Under the pieces are notes generated by a model. It did no database searches, was not told where the DNA came from, and worked only from the letters and a program-made list of their open reading frames with translations. The translations under genes and the position numbers were made by a program. From Candidatus Thioglobus sp. MED-G25 (lineage in GTDB: Bacteria > Pseudomonadota > Gammaproteobacteria > Arenicellales > UBA868), in assembly GCA_002456995.1 (NCBI GenBank), contig NTKC01000007.1, positions 18,705 through 82,704 on the forward strand: DNA of 64,000 nt, given 5' to 3'. How positions within the stretch are numbered: position 1 is the stretch's first letter; every line of letters begins with the position of its first letter. Positions 42,201 through 54,627 of this stretch are shown piece by piece.

Positions 42201-42732
42201 TGCGCTACGCATTTTCAGCAATAAAAGAGGTGAAACTGCCGCGTTCTTTAGTTTGCACGATGGATCTGCCTACGCGGATGTCAGTGTATCAAGTGACCTT
42301 TTCCAACAGGTTAGAAACATTATTGAATCTTCAGAGATCCTGCTGGTCGAAGGTTTGTGCTCACTTGATGATCGCAGCGGACAATTGCGATTAAAAGCTG
42401 AGCAGATCAGAACTCTACGGCAGATTCGGGAAGCGTGCCTTAGCAGGGTGGCAGTGCTACTGGACATAAAGAGTAATATCGAGAGCCAGATAGTAGGATT
42501 GCAAGGCGTGCTTGATATTTGTCGACCAGGCCCAACTACCGTCTGTGTAGAGTACTGTAATGCAAAAGGGGATAGGGCCGTTATAGATTTAGGTTCTGAC
42601 TGGACGGTTCAAGTGGATGAAGAAATGATAGAGCAACTGATTGCAATATTTGGGCCAGGATCACTCCGTTACACCTTCGATAAAAGCAGATTCAAAGACC
42701 GGTTGGACCAGATGTCATCTTGGGCCGCCTGA
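39223..42732 (+). CDS. dnaE: DNA polymerase III alpha subunit
   Basis: PHP-domain start FLHLDVHTEYSLGDS, GPGRGSGAGSLAAYSL, PDFDIDF and an OB-fold C-terminus. The start is either TTG 39223 or ATG 39238. Confidence 0.95.
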   Translation: MLTRPMIKTAFLHLDVHTEYSLGDSIVRVKELVETAKSMSMPAVAMTDLSNLYGGIKFIRACIDHGVKPLLGVDVEVVENNGMPQGRLILLCRNNAGYQHVCELLTNAYTLDADSATVTIEFSELSKGCGDLIAISPSIDGAIGKLLCSGKSDQAQVIADRFSQMFPDAFYLEITRTNRRGEEEYESKVLQLASERKIPLVAGNAVRFLNRDDFTGHDIRVCIDEGNVLQDPRRVRRYTDQQYFKSPLEMAALFDDVPSALENTLEIAKRCNVFLEMGKTYMPLYPSVKHKSEDEMLKEATETGLKHRFVQHEIKDTDHSHYTKRLHTELETIMQMGFSGYFLIVADFVKWAKENEIPVGPGRGSGAGSLAAYSLEITALDPIRYGLLFERFLNPERVSLPDFDIDFCMYGRDRVIEYVSQKYGRDRVAQIITYNTLAARAVVRDVGRVMSQPYGFCDTLAKMIPFEVGMTLDKALGQDEGLKERYREDPDVTQLIDNAKLLEGLPRNAGKHAGGLVIAPGPITRYTPLYQEPGMSQPVTQFDKDDLEAIGLVKFDFLGLRTLTVIDWTVKNINRKQSAAGLELIDIEQLALGDSKVYSLICTGYTTGLFQLESRGMQELIQRLRPDHFDELIALVALFRPGPLQSGMVDDFISRKHGHEEIRYPHPTLLEILKPTYGVILYQEQVMEIARVLSGYTLGSADLLRRAMGKKKPAEMREQRQSFIDGAAERQVDRENAAYIFDLIEKFAGYGFNKSHSAAYALLSYQTAWLKTHYPSEFMAACMSADMEHTDKLVVLVSETKRMGIRLRAPDINQSGYEFKVDEDESIRYGLGAIKGIGERAIDSLLHERHTDGEFNDLHSLCRRVDQHRINKKVFEGLIMSGSLDCLGSSRATHWAKLPQTIELVDQITEDQSSGQDDMFGLESSAVNGDLSVSVPDWSPRKALENERQALGLYLSGHPIDHVHDQLDGLITGMISETNPTPERRIYLAGLGSALRIFSNKRGETAAFFSLHDGSAYADVSVSSDLFQQVRNIIESSEILLVEGLCSLDDRSGQLRLKAEQIRTLRQIREACLSRVAVLLDIKSNIESQIVGLQGVLDICRPGPTTVCVEYCNAKGDRAVIDLGSDWTVQVDEEMIEQLIAIFGPGSLRYTFDKSRFKDRLDQMSSWAA

Positions 42733-42800
42733 AACAGGGTTATAGCGTGGAAATTCAGATAAAATGAGCTGATCTGGTGTGAGGCTTAGGTAACTGTGTT

Positions 42801-43760
42801 GTGGATAATTTTCTGGAGTTTGAAAGACCGATCGAAGAACTTTCGGCAAAAATAGACGAGCTTGAAAGGGTTAGTCAGACCCAAAATATAGACCTCGGTA
42901 ATGAGATCAGTAAGCTTGAAACCCGAAGACAGAAAGTTACCCAAGATATTTTTTCCTCACTTGATCCTTGGCAAGTAACTCAGCTTGCGCGTCACCCGAT
43001 GCGCCCTTACACGCTTGACTACGTGGGTCTAACTTTTGATGGGTTCCAAGAACTACACGGTGACCGTATGTTTGCCGATGATAGATCGATTGTTGCGGGC
43101 ATTGGAAAATTTGACCGATGGAACGTTGCACTAATAGGGCATCAAAAAGGTCGAGATACACGAGAGAAGTTGCGACGCAATTTCGGTATGCCTAAGCCGG
43201 AAGGTTACCGGAAGGCGCAGAGGGTTATGAAACTTGCAGAAAAGTTTAATCTCCCGATCGTAACCTTGATCGATACGCCAGGTGCTTATCCTGGCATTGA
43301 TGCAGAGGAGAGAGGACAGAGTGAGGCAATAGCTCGTTCGTTGTCAGTAATGACTGGGTTAAGGGTGCCTGTTATTTCGGCAGTAATCGGTGAGGGGGGG
43401 TCCGGGGGGGCTCTAGCTATTGGGATTTGTGATCGTTTAATAATGATGGAGTATTCGACATATTCGGTGATTTCGCCGGAGGGCTGTGCCTCTATCTTGT
43501 GGAAAAATGCAGATAAAGCACCCGAGGCCGCAGCGGCTATGAAGATCACATCAGCTGATCTAAAGCGGTTAGGGCTAGTTGATGAGATTGTTCAGGAACC
43601 TTTAGGAGGAGCACACCGAAACTACGAACGTGCAGCTGCACATCTAAATGCCAGTTTGGTTCGGCACCTTGAGGAAGTTTCAAACATGACAACCCCGGAA
43701 CTATTAGGCAAACGTTACGAACGGTTACAGTCATTTGGTGAATTCCAGAGTGCAAAGTAA
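42801..43760 (+). CDS. accA: Acetyl-CoA carboxylase carboxyltransferase alpha subunit
   Basis: [40 protein letters not shown] and [13 protein letters not shown] start. Confidence 0.95.
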   Translation: MDNFLEFERPIEELSAKIDELERVSQTQNIDLGNEISKLETRRQKVTQDIFSSLDPWQVTQLARHPMRPYTLDYVGLTFDGFQELHGDRMFADDRSIVAGIGKFDRWNVALIGHQKGRDTREKLRRNFGMPKPEGYRKAQRVMKLAEKFNLPIVTLIDTPGAYPGIDAEERGQSEAIARSLSVMTGLRVPVISAVIGEGGSGGALAIGICDRLIMMEYSTYSVISPEGCASILWKNADKAPEAAAAMKITSADLKRLGLVDEIVQEPLGGAHRNYERAAAHLNASLVRHLEEVSNMTTPELLGKRYERLQSFGEFQSAK

Positions 43761-43774
43761 GCACGACAAATAGC

Positions 43775-45142
43775 GTGTCTAAGTTTGATAGTGATGTAGA
43801 ACGATTTGCAAAGCACAAAGACGCTCGTCGACTATTGGTAGCGTTAAGCGGCGGTGTAGATTCGCTTTCTCTACTGCATAAGTTGTGTGAATTACGTACA
43901 CACTATGACCTCTCTATAGCTGCATTACATGTTGATCATCAGATTCAGACTGAATCTGAACATTGGATGAGACACTGTCAGGCTCAGTGTGACCACCTCA
44001 AGGTGCCTTTAAAAACTGTAAAACTGAATTTACAAGATTCCGGACGCGGACCAGAGGCAGCAGCAAGGCAAGCCCGCTACGATTGGTTTCAGTCTCAGAT
44101 CAGCCCTGCCGATGTTTTGGTAATGGCACATCATATGGGGGATCAGGTTGAGACTGTCTTGTTGCGTTTATTTAGAGGATCAGGGTTGCTTGGGCTCGGG
44201 GCAATGCATGAGATCAGGCAATTTGGTTTGGGTTGGATTGCACGACCACTGCTGGGAGTGTCCAAAGAAGAGATCATAGCCTATGCTAAAAAAAACGATC
44301 TTCGATACATCGAAGATCCAAGTAACCTTGATACCCATATAGATAGGAACTTTGTACGACACGAGATACTGCCTCTAATTCGTTCGCGCTGGCCCAGTGT
44401 CGATCAAACAATATTCCGGAGTTCAGGTCACCTAAAAACGATACAGTCTAGCTTGGACAAGGGTGCCCAGGTGGATCTCAAAATGTTTCTTTGTCTTAGT
44501 ACAGGTACTCTTTTGGGTGATTATGGATGCGTAAGAATTAGTGACCTAATCAGTCTCGATCAATCTCGGATTGTTGACGTATTACGCTACTGGATTCGGT
44601 GCGAAGGGTTGACGCTACCCAGCACTGGAAAAATGAATGAACTGATCCGCCAGGTTTTTGAGAAGGACTCTAGAGGTCGTGGAGGTATACGATGGAAAGA
44701 GGGTGAATTTCGTGCATATCGAGGATTTCTTTACCTACTGCCGGTGCAGCCCAAATTGTGTAGCCCAGCGACACAACGCTGGCGGGGGCTGGATACGGTG
44801 TGCATAAAGGAAGTAGAGGTCGCACTGTCGGTACGCCGTTGCACGGGCAGTGGAATCAAGCTTTCTTTCATTGAAGGCTCGCAATTTATTCTTGATTGGC
44901 AGCATAAAGATCGCGTTATTCATCCTTCTAGGTCTCGTCACAATCGAACCATTAAGAATCTTTTTCAAGAAAGCGGGGTACCGCCGTGGGAACGATGCAG
45001 GCTGCCTTATGTCTATTTGGGTGACGATTTGGTGTGTATACCGGGTTTGGCTGTGGAAAAAGCCTATGCCGCCTCGGGCACCGAAATTGGGCTGGAAATC
45101 TACATTTCCAGCACACGATCAGATCAACTAGATTGGGATTAA
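43775..45142 (+). CDS. tilS: tRNA(Ile)-lysidine synthase
   Basis: PP-loop LVALSGGVDS, HVDHQIQ and a C-terminal TilS substrate-binding region. Lies after accA, as in Pseudomonas. Confidence 0.9.
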   Translation: MSKFDSDVERFAKHKDARRLLVALSGGVDSLSLLHKLCELRTHYDLSIAALHVDHQIQTESEHWMRHCQAQCDHLKVPLKTVKLNLQDSGRGPEAAARQARYDWFQSQISPADVLVMAHHMGDQVETVLLRLFRGSGLLGLGAMHEIRQFGLGWIARPLLGVSKEEIIAYAKKNDLRYIEDPSNLDTHIDRNFVRHEILPLIRSRWPSVDQTIFRSSGHLKTIQSSLDKGAQVDLKMFLCLSTGTLLGDYGCVRISDLISLDQSRIVDVLRYWIRCEGLTLPSTGKMNELIRQVFEKDSRGRGGIRWKEGEFRAYRGFLYLLPVQPKLCSPATQRWRGLDTVCIKEVEVALSVRRCTGSGIKLSFIEGSQFILDWQHKDRVIHPSRSRHNRTIKNLFQESGVPPWERCRLPYVYLGDDLVCIPGLAVEKAYAASGTEIGLEIYISSTRSDQLDWD

Positions 45143-45203
45143 TGTTTAACCGTTGTTCCCAGCGGTCATGTCTGGTAGTCTAGATGTCCGTCAGGTATGG
45201 CGG

Positions 45204-45230
45204 AGCACGCTCGTTCGAGTGTGCTGTTTT
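45204..45230 (+). terminator. Rho-independent-type terminator after tilS
   Basis: Stem AGCACGCTC / GAGTGTGCT (9 bp including one G-U pair), loop GTTC, then GTTTT. Confidence 0.6.
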
Positions 45231-45248
45231 ATCTCCGCCGATCCTTAA

Positions 45249-47779
<2,531 letters not shown>

Positions 47780-47819
47780 ATTTTGCGCCGATTATTTGGT
47801 TGACTGGGGAGAAAATGCG

Positions 47820-49154
47820 GTGAGTGTGAGAATTGCCAGTGTTACAGGTCGTGAGGTTATCGATTCACGAGGTAACCCGACTATACAGGCAGTTGTCGTC
47901 TTATCCGACGGCTCAATTGGCAGTGCCGCAGTGCCTTCTGGTGCTTCAACCGGTAGCCTTGAGGCAGTAGAACTCAGGGATGGTGACCCATCAAGGTATT
48001 CTGGTCTTGGTGTTTTACGTGCGGTTGAAAATGTAAATACTGAAATCTCAGAATGCGTATTTAAACTAGACCCATTTGAGCAGTCAGCGATAGATAATGC
48101 ACTGATTGATCTCGACGGCACAGCCAACAAATCACGCCTGGGCGCCAATGCCATCTTAGGCGTTTCGCTTGCGATAGCACGGGCCAGTGCATGCAGTACC
48201 AAACAGCCATTGTATGGCTACCTTCGGCAAATATTTGGTGGTGGAGACTGGGTTCTACCTGTGCCCCAAATGAATATTTTGAATGGAGGGGCTCATGCAG
48301 ACAACCGTGTTGATTTCCAGGAGTTTATGATTCTACCGGTTGGTTCGACTAGTATTTCCGACGCGGTCAGGGTGGGTGCCGATGTATTTCACACGCTGAG
48401 AAGAATTCTTAAGCAAATGGGTCTGAACACTGGCGTGGGTGATGAGGGTGGATTCGCTCCGGAAATAGGTTCCAATGAACAGGCCATAGAGACTGTGCTC
48501 GAGGCTATAACCCAAGCGGGCTATACACCCGGGGTAGACGTTTGTCTCGGCTTGGACGTCGCGAGTTCAGAGTTTTTCTGTGATGGCCAATACTGTTTAG
48601 AAGGTGACGGCCAGACGTATACGTCTGGAGAGTTTGTCCAACTTATTATGGACTGGATAGAGCGCTATCCGATTTTGACTATTGAGGATGCGATGGCAGA
48701 AGATGACTGGGATGGATGGGAATTGATCACTCGAGCTGTTGGTAATCGTATCCAGTTAACAGGTGATGATTTGTTTGTAACCAATCCTAGAATATTTGAA
48801 AAAGGGATAGACCGTAAAATTGCAAATTCAATACTAATCAAGGTCAATCAGATTGGGACATTGTCTGAGACATTTGAAGCAATTCATATGGCTAAAGCAG
48901 CGAACTATGGTGTCACGATTTCACATCGATCAGGAGAAACTGAAGATACGACGATAGCTGACTTAGCGGTCGCCACGGGTGCTGGACAGATTAAAACAGG
49001 TTCTCTTTGTAGATCGGAACGTGTTTCGAAATACAACAGACTGATGATGATTGAAGAAGAACTGGGTTCGACAGCCTCATTTGCCGGGCTGAGCGGTTTT
49101 CCCCATTGTAAAACGAGTGGTTCGACATCGAAGCCTCCGACATCCAGCGGATAG
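47820..49154 (+). CDS. eno: Enolase
   Basis: [18 protein letters not shown] and SHRSGETED. The start is probably GTG 47820 behind GGGAGA, not the ORF-track 47796. Confidence 0.95.
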   Translation: MSVRIASVTGREVIDSRGNPTIQAVVVLSDGSIGSAAVPSGASTGSLEAVELRDGDPSRYSGLGVLRAVENVNTEISECVFKLDPFEQSAIDNALIDLDGTANKSRLGANAILGVSLAIARASACSTKQPLYGYLRQIFGGGDWVLPVPQMNILNGGAHADNRVDFQEFMILPVGSTSISDAVRVGADVFHTLRRILKQMGLNTGVGDEGGFAPEIGSNEQAIETVLEAITQAGYTPGVDVCLGLDVASSEFFCDGQYCLEGDGQTYTSGEFVQLIMDWIERYPILTIEDAMAEDDWDGWELITRAVGNRIQLTGDDLFVTNPRIFEKGIDRKIANSILIKVNQIGTLSETFEAIHMAKAANYGVTISHRSGETEDTTIADLAVATGAGQIKTGSLCRSERVSKYNRLMMIEEELGSTASFAGLSGFPHCKTSGSTSKPPTSSG

Positions 49155-49160
49155 AAATGT

Positions 49161-49439
49161 ATGTCCCACAGAGTATTGCTCGGTGTACTGGTGTTGCTTT
49201 TTGTGCTTCTTCAATATGCTCTGTGGGCTGGGAAAAACAACGTGCTTGACCTGTTCATTTTGGATTCAACACTGAACGAGTTAACAGAGCAGAATGCGAA
49301 ATTGCGAATGAGAAACGATCGGTTACACGCTGAGGTAATTGATATTAAAAGTCGATTGAGTGCGATAGAAGCACACGCACGATCTGAACTGGGCTTGATT
49401 AAGCCCGGTGAGACGTTTTTTCAAATTATCGAAAAATAG
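49161..49439 (+). CDS. ftsB: Cell division protein FtsB
   Basis: 92 aa with an N-terminal TM helix, a leucine-zipper coiled coil and ARSELGLIKPGETFFQI (conserved FtsB C-motif). Lies after eno. Confidence 0.85.
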   Translation: MSHRVLLGVLVLLFVLLQYALWAGKNNVLDLFILDSTLNELTEQNAKLRMRNDRLHAEVIDIKSRLSAIEAHARSELGLIKPGETFFQIIEK

Positions 49440-49484
49440 ACAGTGAATCAGAGATTGACTTGAAGATAACAATCCCCACCTAGG

Positions 49485-50534
49485 TCATTGAAGCGGATAA
49501 GGCAGAGGCAGGGTGGTGATTTGCTTGCTAGGTTGAGCGCTATAACAGTAAATTGTTTCGGCTTCCAAGAAACCGTAAACACTCAACAGACACTCTGTTG
49601 TTACTCCCTCCATGACACTCGCGTTTACGATTACACCGGCCTTGCTATCTGTTGTGTCGAGTAAAGTAACAGACCCACCAACTCGGACTTCACACTCGTC
49701 TTGGAATCTTCCTCGCAATAAACGTTGCTTGACTCGACCGAGATACCGCAGACGCGCAACAATTTCCTGCCCTGGATAGCAACCCTTGCTGAAGCTGACA
49801 CCAGATATCAAATCAAGATTGAGATTTTGTGGTGTAAAAAGGCCACTAGCTGATTCAGTGATGCTGGCAACGCCATGGCGAATCTGGAGCAGATTCCAAT
49901 AATCGGAATCTAAGAGCGTAATATCCTCTTCAGATTCTTCAATTAACTGGATTGCATCAGAAACTGGGAGAACAATAAGCTGTGCGGGTTGAGTGGATTC
50001 CAAATCGCCATAACACTCTTTAGGCCACGCAGGTCCAGTTTTGCACCAGCTAAGTAGTGAGAAACGACCAGGTTCTGTAAATTTATTGTGGCACATCACC
50101 GCCAAATCAGGACGAGTACGGAAGGCCACGTCTGCACGCAAAACGAACATCTTCAGACGTTCAAGCAAAGATGTAACGATTGAATGGTGACACACCATGT
50201 AGATGGCACCATTCATTGTGAAGAGGCGAAACGTCGCTAGAACCCGTCCTTTGGGGTTGCAATAAGCCCCGAAAAGAAATTTATTGTCTTGTAAGTCATT
50301 GATATTACATGTGAATTGACTTTGCAAAAAAGACTCAACATCTTCCCCCTCGAAGCATATGACAGACTCTTGCGTACAGGGAATTACGTACTGATCGGGT
50401 ATTTCTTGTTGAAAATGAGGAAATACCGTTCGTTGGCTTTCACCAATTTCCCCGCTTTTTGACTGGAGAAATGCCAACCAGGATCGATTCATTGGTGATG
50501 TATAGTTGTCGCGCGTCGTTGCTAATTCACTCAT
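49485..50534 (-). CDS. ygfZ: Folate-binding Fe-S cluster repair / tRNA-modification protein YgfZ
   Basis: Conserved KGCYPGQEIVAR motif (K-G-C-Y-x-G-Q-E) and a GcvT-like fold length (349 aa). Confidence 0.8.
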   Translation of the reverse strand: MSELATTRDNYTSPMNRSWLAFLQSKSGEIGESQRTVFPHFQQEIPDQYVIPCTQESVICFEGEDVESFLQSQFTCNINDLQDNKFLFGAYCNPKGRVLATFRLFTMNGAIYMVCHHSIVTSLLERLKMFVLRADVAFRTRPDLAVMCHNKFTEPGRFSLLSWCKTGPAWPKECYGDLESTQPAQLIVLPVSDAIQLIEESEEDITLLDSDYWNLLQIRHGVASITESASGLFTPQNLNLDLISGVSFSKGCYPGQEIVARLRYLGRVKQRLLRGRFQDECEVRVGGSVTLLDTTDSKAGVIVNASVMEGVTTECLLSVYGFLEAETIYCYSAQPSKQITTLPLPYPLQ

Positions 50535-50682
50535 GAGTTTTAACGTTGTTTCCTCAGAGAGTGATTTGGTTTGCCTATAGATTCCAGTTTCGTAAGCAAC
50601 TGATGAGTTCTCAAAGCGAATTACTCACCTAACGTTGACTACCGAACTTGTATTATAGCCACAAAGCGGAGAAAATTAATCT

Positions 50683-50892
50683 GTGGGCAAAGAAGGTAAA
50701 GATAAAAAAACAGTAGTCTCGTCGCCAGCATCGAGTAAGTACGGTAACGCGGTTGTCGATGCGGTTCCAAAGGTAAATCAGCCTGAGTCTAAATCTGTAA
50801 AACGAACTGTCGGCAACGGTCCAATAACATCTCATCCCGATCCAACTCGATTCGGTGATTGGGAACATGCCGGTCGTTGCATCGATTTTTAG
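50683..50892 (+). CDS. DUF1674 / SDHAF4-like small protein (putative succinate dehydrogenase assembly factor)
   Basis: C-terminus PDPTRFGDWEHAGRCIDF matches the family signature (human SDHAF4 ends PEPTRYGDWERKGRCIDF). Lies immediately upstream of sdhC. GTG start with GGAGA about 11 nt upstream. Confidence 0.75.
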   Translation: MGKEGKDKKTVVSSPASSKYGNAVVDAVPKVNQPESKSVKRTVGNGPITSHPDPTRFGDWEHAGRCIDF

Positions 50893-50938
50893 CAGTCGAT
50901 CAACTTACATCAAACTCGCGTACCGCCTGCAATCGAAG

Positions 50939-51319
50939 ATGCCAATTAAGCAACGTCCTGTTTCGCCCCATATTCAGATTTACCGACCGCAGTTGCCATC
51001 GATGCTGTCGATTCTGCACCGGGCGACAGGCCTGTTTCTAGTGCTTGGATTGATTGTGATCTGCAGTTGGTTAGTCTGTGTTGCTCTTGGGGAGGAGTCT
51101 TTTCAGATGTTCAACTCAATTGGGTCAACGCTAGCCGGGAAGATATTGTCCTTGGGGTTGGTATTCAGTTTGGTCTATCACTGTTTTAACGGTATTCGCC
51201 ATCTTGTTTGGGACTGTGGCTATGGATTCGAGTTAACAAGTGTCTATTTAAGCGGCGGAATAGTTTTTCTGTTGTCTATTGTTGTTACGCTGCTCATTGT
51301 TGTTCGAGCCTGGCTTTAG
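50939..51319 (+). CDS. sdhC: Succinate dehydrogenase cytochrome b556 subunit
   Basis: RPVSPHIQIYRPQLPSMLSILHRATG (alpha/mitochondrial-type SdhC signature) and three TM helices. Start trimmed from 50855 to ATG 50939. Confidence 0.85.
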   Translation: MPIKQRPVSPHIQIYRPQLPSMLSILHRATGLFLVLGLIVICSWLVCVALGEESFQMFNSIGSTLAGKILSLGLVFSLVYHCFNGIRHLVWDCGYGFELTSVYLSGGIVFLLSIVVTLLIVVRAWL

Positions 51320-51348
51320 TAGTTTGAAATGAGAAATGGACGAAGGGC

Positions 51349-51687
51349 GTGGTAAACAATCTAGGATCAAAACATTGGAAATATCAGCGCTATTCTTCTT
51401 TGGTGTTAGCGCCAGTAATGCTTTGGTTTTTTGTCAGGATCATCTTTTACCCAGACTTGAGCTATGTTGAGGTGAAACAGTGGGTAATTCTTCCCTTATC
51501 TTCTCTACTTTTGGTCCCGACGATATGCGTGCTGTGGTTCCACGCAGCAATTGGAATTCAAGTTGTACTTGAAGATTACATATCCAGCGATCGTCTACAA
51601 AAACAACTCGTTAATCTGGTGAGGTGGATTGCAATTCTAATGGCGGCAAGTTCAGTATGTGCGATCATTTTTATGTGGACCCAATAA
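51349..51687 (+). CDS. sdhD: Succinate dehydrogenase hydrophobic membrane anchor subunit
   Basis: 112 aa with three TM helices. Lies between sdhC and sdhA. GTG start. Confidence 0.75.
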   Translation: MVNNLGSKHWKYQRYSSLVLAPVMLWFFVRIIFYPDLSYVEVKQWVILPLSSLLLVPTICVLWFHAAIGIQVVLEDYISSDRLQKQLVNLVRWIAILMAASSVCAIIFMWTQ

Positions 51688-51691
51688 TTAA

Positions 51692-53479
51692 TTGAAGAAA
51701 GCATACACAATTATCGACCACACTTATGATGTAGTGGTGGTTGGAGCCGGCGGAGCCGGCCTCAGAGCCTGTCTTGGCTTGGCGCAGGGTGGTCTGAAAA
51801 CAGCATGTTTAACCAAAGTTTTCCCGACTAGATCGCATACTGTAGCGGCCCAAGGTGGCATGAGCGCTGCATTAGGTAATATGGGAGAAGATGACTGGCG
51901 TTGGCACATGTACGATACGATCAAAGGTTCGGATTGGTTGGGTGATCAAGACTCGATCGCTTATATGTGTAAAGAAGCGCCCGCCGCGGTCATTGAGCTG
52001 GAGCGTTACGGAGTACCTTTTTCGCGAACTGAAGACGGCAAGATCTATCAGCGGGCGTTCGGTGGTATGACGACTAATTTCGGAGAAGGCCGAGCCCAGC
52101 GAACCTGTGCAGCGGCCGATAGAACAGGCCACGCGATACTACACACTCTCTATCAACAATCATTGCGGCACGAAGTTGAGTTCTTTATTGAATATGTAGC
52201 ACTTGATTTAATCATGCGCGATGGTGCCTGTATCGGTGTTATTGGTTGGAATTTAGATGACGGCACTTTGCATCGATTTTCTGCCAAGAGTGTTGTCTTG
52301 GCGACTGGGGGTTATGGTCGCGCTTATTTCTCAGCAACATCAGCGCATACCTGTACGGGTGATGGCAACGCAATGGTACTGCGGGCTGGGTTGCCCCTTC
52401 AGGATATGGAGTTCGTGCAGTTTCACCCAACCGGTATTTATGGATCGGGCTGTCTGATAACAGAAGGCGCGCGAGGCGAAGGTGGTTATTTGACTAATTC
52501 TGACGGCGAACGATTTATGGAACGTTACGCGCCTAATGCGAAGGATCTCGCATCTCGTGATGTCGTTAGCCGGGCCATGACTAAAGAAATCCGATCCGGT
52601 AAGGGTATTGGGCAACATAAAGATCATTTACATCTTCATCTTGAGCAACTCGGACCAGACATTTTGGCTGAACGACTGCCAGGAATCTCGGAGACGGCGC
52701 AAGTATTTGCTGGGGTGGATGTTACACGGGAGCCGATCCCGGTGATACCAACGGTACACTACAACATGGGAGGTATACCAACCAATTTTTGGGGCGAGGT
52801 CATTACGCAGGGAACCGGAGGCAATGATAAAGTCGTTGGTGGTTTGTTTGCAATTGGTGAGGCGGCTTGTGTGTCTGTTCATGGTGCGAACCGACTGGGA
52901 TCGAACTCTCTATTGGACCTTATAGTGTTTGGTAGAGCGGCCTCGGAAAGGTTGGTGGAAATCCTGGATCACCGGTCTTCGTGTCCAAAAGCAGGGGATA
53001 GTGATATTGAACAAGCGCTAAGCCGATTCGATCAAATTCGGCTTAGTCAGGGTAGCTATCCCACAGCTGTACTCCGACTGGCCATGCAAAAAGCAATGCA
53101 GGATAACTGTGCAGTATTTAGGACAGAAGAGGTATTGAAGGAAGGTATCGAAAAAATTCAGGTTATAAGAGATCAATTTATGGATGTCAGCATCACTGAC
53201 AGATCTATGATCTGGAATACAGATCTGGTTGAGACGCTCGAGCTTGAAAATCTCTTGATCCAATCGGTTGCGACAATCCATAGTGCCGATCGACGAGAGG
53301 AGAGTCGAGGAGCCCACGCTCGGGAAGATTATCCAAAACGAGACGATGAAAAATGGTTAAAACATACGCTTACCTGGGACAATGGCAGCCATGAACCCAT
53401 GATAGCTTATCGACCTGTCACGCTTGAGACTGGAACCACCGAGGTAGAATCGGTTCCACCAACAGACAGGGTCTATTGA
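51692..53479 (+). CDS. sdhA: Succinate dehydrogenase flavoprotein subunit
   Basis: [18 protein letters not shown] motif, [10 protein letters not shown] (covalent FAD His), [20 protein letters not shown] start. Confidence 0.95.
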   Translation: MKKAYTIIDHTYDVVVVGAGGAGLRACLGLAQGGLKTACLTKVFPTRSHTVAAQGGMSAALGNMGEDDWRWHMYDTIKGSDWLGDQDSIAYMCKEAPAAVIELERYGVPFSRTEDGKIYQRAFGGMTTNFGEGRAQRTCAAADRTGHAILHTLYQQSLRHEVEFFIEYVALDLIMRDGACIGVIGWNLDDGTLHRFSAKSVVLATGGYGRAYFSATSAHTCTGDGNAMVLRAGLPLQDMEFVQFHPTGIYGSGCLITEGARGEGGYLTNSDGERFMERYAPNAKDLASRDVVSRAMTKEIRSGKGIGQHKDHLHLHLEQLGPDILAERLPGISETAQVFAGVDVTREPIPVIPTVHYNMGGIPTNFWGEVITQGTGGNDKVVGGLFAIGEAACVSVHGANRLGSNSLLDLIVFGRAASERLVEILDHRSSCPKAGDSDIEQALSRFDQIRLSQGSYPTAVLRLAMQKAMQDNCAVFRTEEVLKEGIEKIQVIRDQFMDVSITDRSMIWNTDLVETLELENLLIQSVATIHSADRREESRGAHAREDYPKRDDEKWLKHTLTWDNGSHEPMIAYRPVTLETGTTEVESVPPTDRVY

Positions 53480-53491
53480 AGAGAACAGATT

Positions 53492-54265
53492 GTGGCAAAT
53501 TTACGGTTACCAAAAGATTCTAGGGTAAGACCTGGCCGCACGCACGGGGGCGAGATAGGTGCGGAGAATCGAGAGTTTCAGATCTATCGTTGGGATCCCG
53601 ATAAAAACGAGAATCCGCGTCTCGACGTTTTTCATGTTGATCTCAAAAACTGTGGCCCTATGGTGTTGGATGCAGTTATAAAAATAAAAAATGAAACAGA
53701 TTCTACGCTCACTTTCAGGCGGTCCTGTCGGGAGGGGATCTGCGGATCGTGTGCAATGAATATTGATGGCGTAAACACTCTGGCATGTACAAAGCCGATT
53801 AAGGAAGTAAAAGGCAAGGTAAAAATATATCCTCTCCCCCACATGCCGGTTATTAAGGATCTTGTATCCGATCTGACTCATTTCTTTCAACAACTTGCTT
53901 CGGTGGAGCCGTGGCTCAAGACAAATGAATCGACAGGATTAACTGAGAGCACTCAGACTGTTGACGAAAGAAAACGCCTTGATGGTTCCTACGAGTGTAT
54001 TCTTTGTGCTTGTTGTTCAACAAGTTGTCCGAGTTACTGGTGGAATAGTGAACGTTATTTAGGACCAGCAGCACTCCTGCAAGCATATCGTTGGATTGTT
54101 GACAGCCGTGATAGGGCAACCGAAGATCGGCTCGATCAACTAGATGACACCTTCAAATTGTATCGCTGTCACACAATTATGAACTGCACTAACGCGTGTC
54201 CGAAGGGCTTGAATCCAGCAAAGGCAATTGGGCAGATCAAAAAAATGATCGCGCGATCTCAATAA
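53492..54265 (+). CDS. sdhB: Succinate dehydrogenase iron-sulfur subunit
   Basis: FQIYRWDPD. Cys clusters [28 protein letters not shown] and [16 protein letters not shown] start. Confidence 0.95.
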   Translation: MANLRLPKDSRVRPGRTHGGEIGAENREFQIYRWDPDKNENPRLDVFHVDLKNCGPMVLDAVIKIKNETDSTLTFRRSCREGICGSCAMNIDGVNTLACTKPIKEVKGKVKIYPLPHMPVIKDLVSDLTHFFQQLASVEPWLKTNESTGLTESTQTVDERKRLDGSYECILCACCSTSCPSYWWNSERYLGPAALLQAYRWIVDSRDRATEDRLDQLDDTFKLYRCHTIMNCTNACPKGLNPAKAIGQIKKMIARSQ

Positions 54266-54269
54266 AGGA

Positions 54270-54527
54270 GTGAAGGCAGACAGAGCAAAGATATTGTGGC
54301 GATGTCGCCGGGGTATTCGGGAACTCGACTCGGTTTTAAAGCCCTTTGTTGAAGACTGCTACGACGAACTGTCACCTCTAGACAAAAATCTACTGCAGAC
54401 GCTTCTTGGCCACCAAGACACTCAGATACTTGACTGGATTCTCGGACGGGAGATACCTGATAAAAAAGGCCTTCAAACGCTTCTCGACTCGATCATTCGG
54501 TATTCGAAAGAGTCGAGGGTAACCTAG
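54270..54527 (+). CDS. sdhE: FAD assembly factor SdhE
   Basis: ILWRCRRGIRELD contains the SdhE R-G-x-x-E motif. 85 aa. Directly after sdhB. Confidence 0.85.
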   Translation: MKADRAKILWRCRRGIRELDSVLKPFVEDCYDELSPLDKNLLQTLLGHQDTQILDWILGREIPDKKGLQTLLDSIIRYSKESRVT

Positions 54528-54627
54528 TCGGTTTAGAAGTCTGGATCTAGCTAGAAAGCGTATTCTCGTGGTGGCGTGACCTGTTAGATCGGACCTTGCC
54601 AAAACTTCTATATCCGGATAACCAGTA

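Noticed and set aside
49440-49484. Missing ispD/ispF after ftsB (Pseudomonas has eno-ftsB-ispD)
   Set aside because: Only 45 nt separate ftsB from the convergent ygfZ, and no relic is visible. This looks like an ordinary synteny breakpoint rather than gene decay.
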